A stretch of DNA of 36,715 nucleotides, from positions 1 through 36,715 of IMG/VR virus record IMGVR_UViG_3300045988_069160. One strand, 5' to 3'. A program made the translations under genes and the position numbers. The first letter of the stretch is position 1; every line of letters begins with the position of its first letter. Shown here piece after piece: positions 32,308 to 36,715 of the stretch. Origin of the DNA: a virus. The notes beneath the pieces were generated by a model. That model saw nothing but the letters and a program-made list of their open reading frames with translations. It had not been told where the DNA came from and searched no databases.

Positions 32308-33015
32308 ATGGGAGTTATAGACAATGCCGCGGCATACGCGCAGAACATTGCGGCGGACGACAGCCACGGCTACGATCAGGCCGGCCGCTGGGGACCTGAC
32401 TACGATTGCAGCAGTCTGGTGATCTCCGCTTTCAGGAAAGCAGGGGTCCCGCTCAGCTGCACTTACACCGGCAACATGCGCGGGGACATGCTGAGGCATG
32501 GCTTCGAGGATGTGACCGGCAGCGTCGATCTCACGACCGGCGCGGGGCTTGAGCGCGGGGACGTGCTGTTAAACCATGTCCATCACACCGCCCTGTATAT
32601 AGGCGGCGGGCAGCTCGTACAGGCGAGCATCAACGAGTACGGCGGCACGACCGGAGGCCAGACCGGCGACCAGACCGGGCGCGAGATATACACGCGCGGG
32701 TACTATAACTACCCTTGGGACTGCGTGCTGCGGTACACCGGGGCAGAACCGGACACGGTGCCGGCCACAAAGAAGCCGACACGCTATGTCACCGTCGAGC
32801 TGCCCATGCTGGAGGACGGACAGACGGGCGTAGTCGTCGCCATGCTTCAGGCGGCATTGAAATATCTCGGTTATGATCCAAAGTGGATCGATGGCGAGTT
32901 CGGAATCAGGACGCGCAACATGCTCATGGCCTATCAGGCGGAGCACGGCCTTGAAGCTGACGGCATCTGTGGGAAAGACACGTACAAGAGTTTGATAGGA
33001 GGTGAGCGGAAATGA
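32308..33015 (+). CDS. Endolysin: N-terminal Cys-His peptidoglycan hydrolase (Amidase_5 / NlpC-P60-like) plus C-terminal PG_binding_1 domain
   Basis: 235 aa. N-terminal motifs: HGYDQAGRWGPDYDCSSLV...HHTALYIG. C-terminal repeat: LQAALKYLGYDPKWIDGEFGIRTRNMLMAYQAEHGLEADGICGKDTYKSL. Confidence 0.9.
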   Translation: MGVIDNAAAYAQNIAADDSHGYDQAGRWGPDYDCSSLVISAFRKAGVPLSCTYTGNMRGDMLRHGFEDVTGSVDLTTGAGLERGDVLLNHVHHTALYIGGGQLVQASINEYGGTTGGQTGDQTGREIYTRGYYNYPWDCVLRYTGAEPDTVPATKKPTRYVTVELPMLEDGQTGVVVAMLQAALKYLGYDPKWIDGEFGIRTRNMLMAYQAEHGLEADGICGKDTYKSLIGGERK

Positions 33016-33108
33016 CCAAGATACTGAGATACTGATATGAACCGGCAGGGAAAAGTAACTATACGCGCGAAGAATCTTAACTTTAGTCAAAACAAAGGAG
33101 AAACAAAA

Positions 33109-33606
33109 ATGAATGCACCTGACAAAGCCTTGCAGTTCAAGGCATGGATCGTCGCAGCTATCGCCTTCCTCACAGCATTGTGGGGCTGGGTCGGCTGGGC
33201 GGTAATCATCTGGATCGCCTGTATAGTCCTCGACTATGCTACGGGAACCTGGGCCGCGAAGAGCGCCGGGGACTGGTCGTCCGCCGTAGCAAGAGCGGGA
33301 CTGTGGCACAAGCTGGGCGAGATCGTCGCCGTGCTTGTGGCGGCGCTTTGTGATATAGCAATTAGTGTAATTATTAACGGAGCCGGCATAGATATCGGCA
33401 TAACGTTCGGGACGCTCATCACGCCGGTCGTGCTGCTCTGGTACATAATAACGGAGCTCGGCAGCATCATTGAAAACGCCGGTAAGCTCGGCGCACCTAT
33501 CCCGGAATGGCTTAAGAAGTGGCTCAGAAATTATAAGAATAAAATAGATTCAGATCATGAGCCGCCTGTTGAAATAATCGAGTCTGACGAAACTCAGAAC
33601 GAATAA
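33109..33606 (+). CDS. Holin (Phage_holin_4_1 / TcdE-like family)
   Basis: ATG at 33109 follows an AAAGGAG RBS. 165 aa with 3-4 TM segments. Contains LDYATG...WYIITELGSIIENAGKLGAPIPEWLKK. Confidence 0.9.
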   Translation: MNAPDKALQFKAWIVAAIAFLTALWGWVGWAVIIWIACIVLDYATGTWAAKSAGDWSSAVARAGLWHKLGEIVAVLVAALCDIAISVIINGAGIDIGITFGTLITPVVLLWYIITELGSIIENAGKLGAPIPEWLKKWLRNYKNKIDSDHEPPVEIIESDETQNE

Positions 33607-33725
33607 GCAACACGCGCCGCGTGCAGTCGAAGGCCTGCGTGCCTACGCGGGGTATTGATGTAAGCTGCACCCGGCGCAAACAGAAAAATCCTTGTAAACC
33701 GATAGACCGATAGAGAGGTATTGAC

Positions 33726-33899
33726 GTGACTGCAACCGTCAAAGAATTTTGCCGGATCAACGGCATTGATGAAAAATCAGAAAATCTTACAGAGCTGCTC
33801 TACTCTGCTCTGACTGGCGGTGATACCGATAGACGCGTTATCCGATCTGATGACTCCCGGCAAGAAAGCAAAACTGCAATTTCCGACGGCGCTCCGTGA
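33726..33899 (+). CDS. Small ORF (57 aa, GTG start) preceding and overlapping the HTH ORF in another frame
   Basis: Not in the track. AGAGAGG RBS lies 7 nt upstream of GTG at 33726. Product begins VTATVKEFCRINGIDEKSENLTELLYSALTGG...; the last ~25 aa overlap the HTH ORF. Confidence 0.4.
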   Translation: MTATVKEFCRINGIDEKSENLTELLYSALTGGDTDRRVIRSDDSRQESKTAISDGAP

Positions 33900-34065
33900 A
33901 AAATTCATAGCCGAGTGCGGCTTCACACTTGAGGAGAAAACGATCCTAAATATGAGGGCTGACGGTTTTTCACTGCTGGAAATAGCCAGCAGGCAGAACT
34001 GCAGCGTGGAGACAATAAACCGGCGCATCCGGAGCATTAAAAACAAGATAGCGGAATCAGTTTAG
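33850..34065 (+). CDS. LuxR/GerE / sigma-70 region-4-type HTH protein
   Basis: The track ORF runs 33820-34065 from a GTG; ATG at 33850 gives 71 aa. Neither start has an RBS. FTLEEKTILNMRADGFSLLEIASRQNCSVETINRRIRSIKNKI matches the LuxR/GerE-type HTH pattern. Confidence 0.65.
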   Translation: MTPGKKAKLQFPTALREKFIAECGFTLEEKTILNMRADGFSLLEIASRQNCSVETINRRIRSIKNKIAESV

Positions 34066-34124
34066 AGCGACGCACCATGCGCCGCTCTTTCATATATCCC
34101 GAGACAGATTACTGACAGATTCCC

Positions 34125-34158
34125 GGCAGGTAACGGACATGTTACCTGCCCTTTTTTA
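34125..34158 (+). terminator. Rho-independent terminator
   Basis: GGCAGGTAAC (34125-34134) / GTTACCTGCC (34141-34150), a perfect 10-bp stem, followed by CTTTTTTAT. Confidence 0.8.
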
Positions 34159-34190
34159 TCTTAGAATTTAAGCAGAAAAAGGTGATGCGC

Positions 34191-34571
34191 ATGTATGTAC
34201 ATTTTAACCCTAACCCAGCGGGACACTCGGTTGGTGATTGCGTGATCAGGGCGTTGTGCAAAGCCACGGGGGAAAGCTGGGACAAGACCTTTGTTGAGCT
34301 GGCCGTGACGGGCTTCGAGCTGTCGGATATGCCGAGCGCAAACGCTGTGTGGGGCGCATATCTCCACAGAAAAGGCTACACGCGCACGGCGCTGCCTGAT
34401 AAGTGCCCGGAGTGCTATACGGTGAAGCTCTTTACGGAGGAGCATCCGCACGGCACATATATTCTCGCACTGAGCGGGCACGTTGTTGCGGTGCAGGATG
34501 GCAACTATTTTGACGCATGGGATTCAGGCGACGAGATCCCGTTGTATGTATGGAAGGAGCAGAAAACATGA
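34191..34571 (+). CDS. Hypothetical protein with papain-like Cys...His...Asp arrangement
   Basis: ATG at 34191 lies 7 nt after AAGGTG; the track starts at GTG 34182. 126 aa. Motifs: NPAGHSVGDCVIRAL, then LSGHVVAVQDGNYFDAWDSG. Confidence 0.75.
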   Translation: MYVHFNPNPAGHSVGDCVIRALCKATGESWDKTFVELAVTGFELSDMPSANAVWGAYLHRKGYTRTALPDKCPECYTVKLFTEEHPHGTYILALSGHVVAVQDGNYFDAWDSGDEIPLYVWKEQKT

Positions 34572-35041
34572 ACTATTCTCCACAGTACCCAGCATATCAG
34601 CCTCAGCAGTTTTACCCAGCTTATAATCCACCGATGATGGACAACCTTGCGCAGATGCGCGCCCAGCAGTACGCTCCGCAGCCCCAACAGCCGGCGCCCA
34701 CGCCAGCAGCCACACAGCAGGGCGGCGTGAACTGGGTACAGGGCGAGGCAGGGATGAAGGCATTCCTGGTTGCTGCCGGAAATAGCGTTTTGCTGTTCGA
34801 CAGCGAGAATCCGACTTTCTGCATTAAGAGCGCAGATCAGAGCGGGATGCCGCTGCCGCTGCGCATCTTCGATTACACGGAGCGCACACAGCCGTCACAG
34901 GCGCCCGTAGCGGCGTCGCAGCCGCAGAGCGTTGAATATGTACCCCGGGCGGAGTTTGATGCGTTGGCGGCGCAGGTGGCGGCGCTGACGGCCAAGAAAC
35001 AGCGCAAGACGCAGAGTGAGGAGGCTACGGTAAATGAGTAA
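34568..35041 (+). CDS. Hypothetical protein with Pro/Gln/Tyr-rich N-terminus
   Basis: ATGA overlap, GGAAGGAG RBS, 157 aa. N-terminus reads MNYSPQYPAYQPQQFYPAYNPP...QQYAPQPQQPAPTPAATQQ. A globular core follows (VNWVQGEAGMKAFLVAAGNSVLLFDSENPTFCIKSADQSGMP). Confidence 0.75.
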   Translation: MNYSPQYPAYQPQQFYPAYNPPMMDNLAQMRAQQYAPQPQQPAPTPAATQQGGVNWVQGEAGMKAFLVAAGNSVLLFDSENPTFCIKSADQSGMPLPLRIFDYTERTQPSQAPVAASQPQSVEYVPRAEFDALAAQVAALTAKKQRKTQSEEATVNE

Positions 35042-35267
35042 TTCAATTTTTCAGGCACTCGGCGGCGCACAGCAGGCTGCACCGCGGATGCCCGGCATGG
35101 CCGGACAGTTCCAGAACATGATGCAGAAGTTCCAGCAGTTCAGAGCTACCTTTCAGGGTGACCCAAGGCAGGAAGTGGAGAAACTCTTGCAGAGCGGGAG
35201 AATATCCCAGCAGCAGCTCAATCAGGTGCAGGGCCTCGCGCAGCAGTTCATGCAGTTCCTCAAGTAA
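35034..35267 (+). CDS. Gln-rich small hypothetical protein
   Basis: GAGGAGG RBS, overlaps the previous gene by 8 nt. 77 aa, rich in Q, M and F. Confidence 0.65.
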   Translation: MSNSIFQALGGAQQAAPRMPGMAGQFQNMMQKFQQFRATFQGDPRQEVEKLLQSGRISQQQLNQVQGLAQQFMQFLK

Positions 35268-35325
35268 TCTATATCGTGGCCACGATTAAGATAAATTAAA
35301 AAATTCCGAAAGGAGAAAACACAAA

Positions 35326-36057
35326 ATGAGTCTTTCCGATAACGTTCCCTTTACCATGCCGGTGACTCCTGCCAACTCGAACGGCGACGGCTTCGGCTGG
35401 GGCGGCGGTCTGTTCTGGATCGTCATCCTGTTTTTCCTCGCTGCGTTCGGCTGGGGCGGTAACGGCTGGGGCGGCAACAATGGCGGTGTGATGGACGGCT
35501 ACGTCCTCACGTCCGACTTTGCGAACATCGAGCGCAAGCTCGATGTTGTAAACAACGGCATCTGTGATGGCTTCTACGCGATGAACACCGGGATGCTCAA
35601 CGGCTTTGCCGGGGTCACCCAGGCGGTCACGAGCGGATTCTCGGCGGCAGAGATAGCGAGATGCAACTCTCAGATGGCGTTTATGCAGCAGTTCTTCGCA
35701 CTGCAGCAGTCGCTCTCCGATTGCTGCTGCCAGAACCGCGAGGCGATAGCACAGGTCCGCTATGACATGGCCACTCAGGCATGTGATACGCGCAACACCG
35801 TGCAGAACGCCACCCGCGATATCATCGACAATCAGAACGCCAATAGCAGAGCCGTTCTGGACTATCTCCAGAATAGCAGGATGAGGGATCTGGAAGCCGA
35901 GAATGCGAGCCTGAGGCTCGCAGCATCTCAGGCGGCACAGAACAATTACCTTGTGAACACGCTGCGCCCGCCCGCTTCCCCCGCGTATATCGTGCAGAAT
36001 CCCTACTGCTGCAATCAGCAGTACACGGGCTGCGGTTGTGGCTGCGGTGCCGCCTGA
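35326..36057 (+). CDS. Membrane protein: Gly/Trp-rich N-terminus with one TM helix, helical core with a CCC motif, Cys-rich C-terminus
   Basis: AAAGGAG RBS, 243 aa. Sequence features: GDGFGWGGGLFWIVILFFLAAFGWGGNGWGGNNGG, then ...SLSDCCCQNRE..., then NPYCCNQQYTGCGCGCGAA. Confidence 0.8.
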   Translation: MSLSDNVPFTMPVTPANSNGDGFGWGGGLFWIVILFFLAAFGWGGNGWGGNNGGVMDGYVLTSDFANIERKLDVVNNGICDGFYAMNTGMLNGFAGVTQAVTSGFSAAEIARCNSQMAFMQQFFALQQSLSDCCCQNREAIAQVRYDMATQACDTRNTVQNATRDIIDNQNANSRAVLDYLQNSRMRDLEAENASLRLAASQAAQNNYLVNTLRPPASPAYIVQNPYCCNQQYTGCGCGCGAA

Positions 36058-36124
36058 CAATTGCACACCGGTCAACTTGTCGGAATAATCGACATGTTCA
36101 GCCCCAAGAGCTGATATCAACACA

Positions 36125-36156
36125 AACGGCGGGGCTTAATGCCTCGCCGTGCTTTT
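36125..36156 (+). terminator. Rho-independent terminator
   Basis: ACGGCGGGGC (36125-36134) / GCCTCGCCGT (36140-36149), 10 bp including one G-U pair, followed by GCTTTTT. Confidence 0.75.
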
Positions 36157-36173
36157 TGAAAGGATGAATAGAA

Positions 36174-36596
36174 ATGGCTGAATACACAAATGCAAACACT
36201 GCGACCGTCGCAGCGGGGCAGAATGTCCCGTTTACCGAGGAGACGGTATCCGGTAACCCCTGCATTGTCCATCGCGAGGGAGCGGGCATTATCACGCTCC
36301 GCGGTCTGACGAACCAGTGCCGCGCACGGTTCAAGGTTTCGTTCGGCGCTAATATCGCCCTGCCGACCGGCAGCACCGTCGGCGCGATCTCGGCGGCGAT
36401 AGCCGTCAACGGTGAGCCTCTGAACAGCGCCACAGGCATTGTCACCCCAGCCGCTGTGGACCAGTACGGCAACATCTACGTTGCCGCAAACATCGATGTC
36501 CCGCGTGGCTGCTGCCTCACCGTGGCGGTCAAGAACACCAGCGGGCAGGCTATCAATTTTGCGAACGTCAACCTTATTGTTGAGCGTGTCGCATGA
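36174..36596 (+). CDS. Beta-rich hypothetical protein (BclA-C-terminal / C1q-like impression only)
   Basis: AAAGGA RBS, 140 aa. Alternating hydrophobic pattern, ending ...RGCCLTVAVKNTSGQAINFANVNLIVERVA. The fold assignment is from memory and has not been verified. Confidence 0.8.
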   Translation: MAEYTNANTATVAAGQNVPFTEETVSGNPCIVHREGAGIITLRGLTNQCRARFKVSFGANIALPTGSTVGAISAAIAVNGEPLNSATGIVTPAAVDQYGNIYVAANIDVPRGCCLTVAVKNTSGQAINFANVNLIVERVA

Positions 36597-36715
36597 AAGG
36601 AGTAAATCATGAGCACAAGAGCACTTGAAGATATTTGCGAGAAGCTCTGCCGTGAGCTTGATGAAATCGCAAAGAAACCCGAGCTCGGAGCGGGTGATCT
36701 GGATATCGTCCATAA
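36597..36715. repeat. Terminal direct repeat, copy 2 (identical to 1..119)
   Basis: Exact 119-bp match to the window start. It includes the RBS and the first 107 nt of the 13-393 gene (36609-36715). Confidence 0.95.

Larger units (their letters stand above)
1..36596. mobile_element. Complete temperate tailed-phage genome (one circular unit)
   Basis: The window contains integrase plus attP, a CI-like switch, packaging, head, tail and lysis modules. The ends overlap exactly by 119 bp, which closes the circle. Confidence 0.9.

Noticed and set aside
1-36715. CRISPR arrays, rRNA genes, transposases or IS elements.
   Set aside because: No regularly spaced direct repeats and no rRNA-like or transposase-like sequences were seen. 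The only recombinase is the phage integrase.

Overview
The window holds one complete temperate tailed-phage genome with siphovirus-like organisation. Bases 1-119 recur exactly at 36597-36715, so the unit is 36,596 bp plus an assembly or terminal overlap. By eye the GC content is about 60%. Ribosome-binding sites are strong GGAGG-type, and many genes are coupled by ATGA/GTGA overlaps, which suggests a Gram-positive (Clostridia-like) host; that is inference only. Almost all genes are on the + strand except a leftward lysogeny module.

Gene order:
- Two small genes (13-765).
- attP: the 3' part of a tRNA-Ser(GCU)-like gene with its own terminator, flanked by TGTAGGCTACG-type repeats.
- Tyrosine integrase.
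- Two lower-GC accessory genes: a membrane-anchored XRE HTH protein and a SAP-motif protein.
- CI-like repressor.
- Back-to-back near-consensus promoters with three TTTAGAT operator copies.
- Two immediate-early genes.
- A 485-bp ORF-free gap in which perfect 13-bp inverted repeats bracket 322 bp carrying a backwards-facing terminator.
- A long early operon of small ORFs plus VRR-NUC nuclease, PAPS-reductase-like protein, MT-A70 methyltransferase, ASCH protein and Lar-like protein.
- An HUH Rep-like gene preceded by two long hairpins.
- A sigma-region-4-like late activator.
- ParB-methyltransferase, TerS, TerL and portal.
- MuF/gp7 minor head protein with an extra low-GC C-terminal domain and an overlapping small partner ORF.
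- gp10-like protein, scaffold, major capsid, connectors and major tail protein.
- G/T chaperone with a TTTTTTC -1 slippery site, then the tape measure protein.
- Distal tail proteins (one with a Gly-rich collagen-like C-terminus) and fibre proteins.
- Endolysin and holin.
- A ~3-kb post-lysis cassette of low-complexity, Cys-rich and membrane proteins that runs across the circular junction to attP.

No rRNA, CRISPR array, transposase or reverse transcriptase was seen.

Best follow-up candidates:
- The inverted-repeat-bounded noncoding segment at 5674-6021 (invertible switch or large structured RNA).
- The MuF-borne C-terminal module with its cognate small ORF.
- The post-lysis cassette.
- The accessory genes in the lysogeny module.
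- The duplicated late-operon motif.

All family assignments come from reading motifs in the translations, not from database searches.
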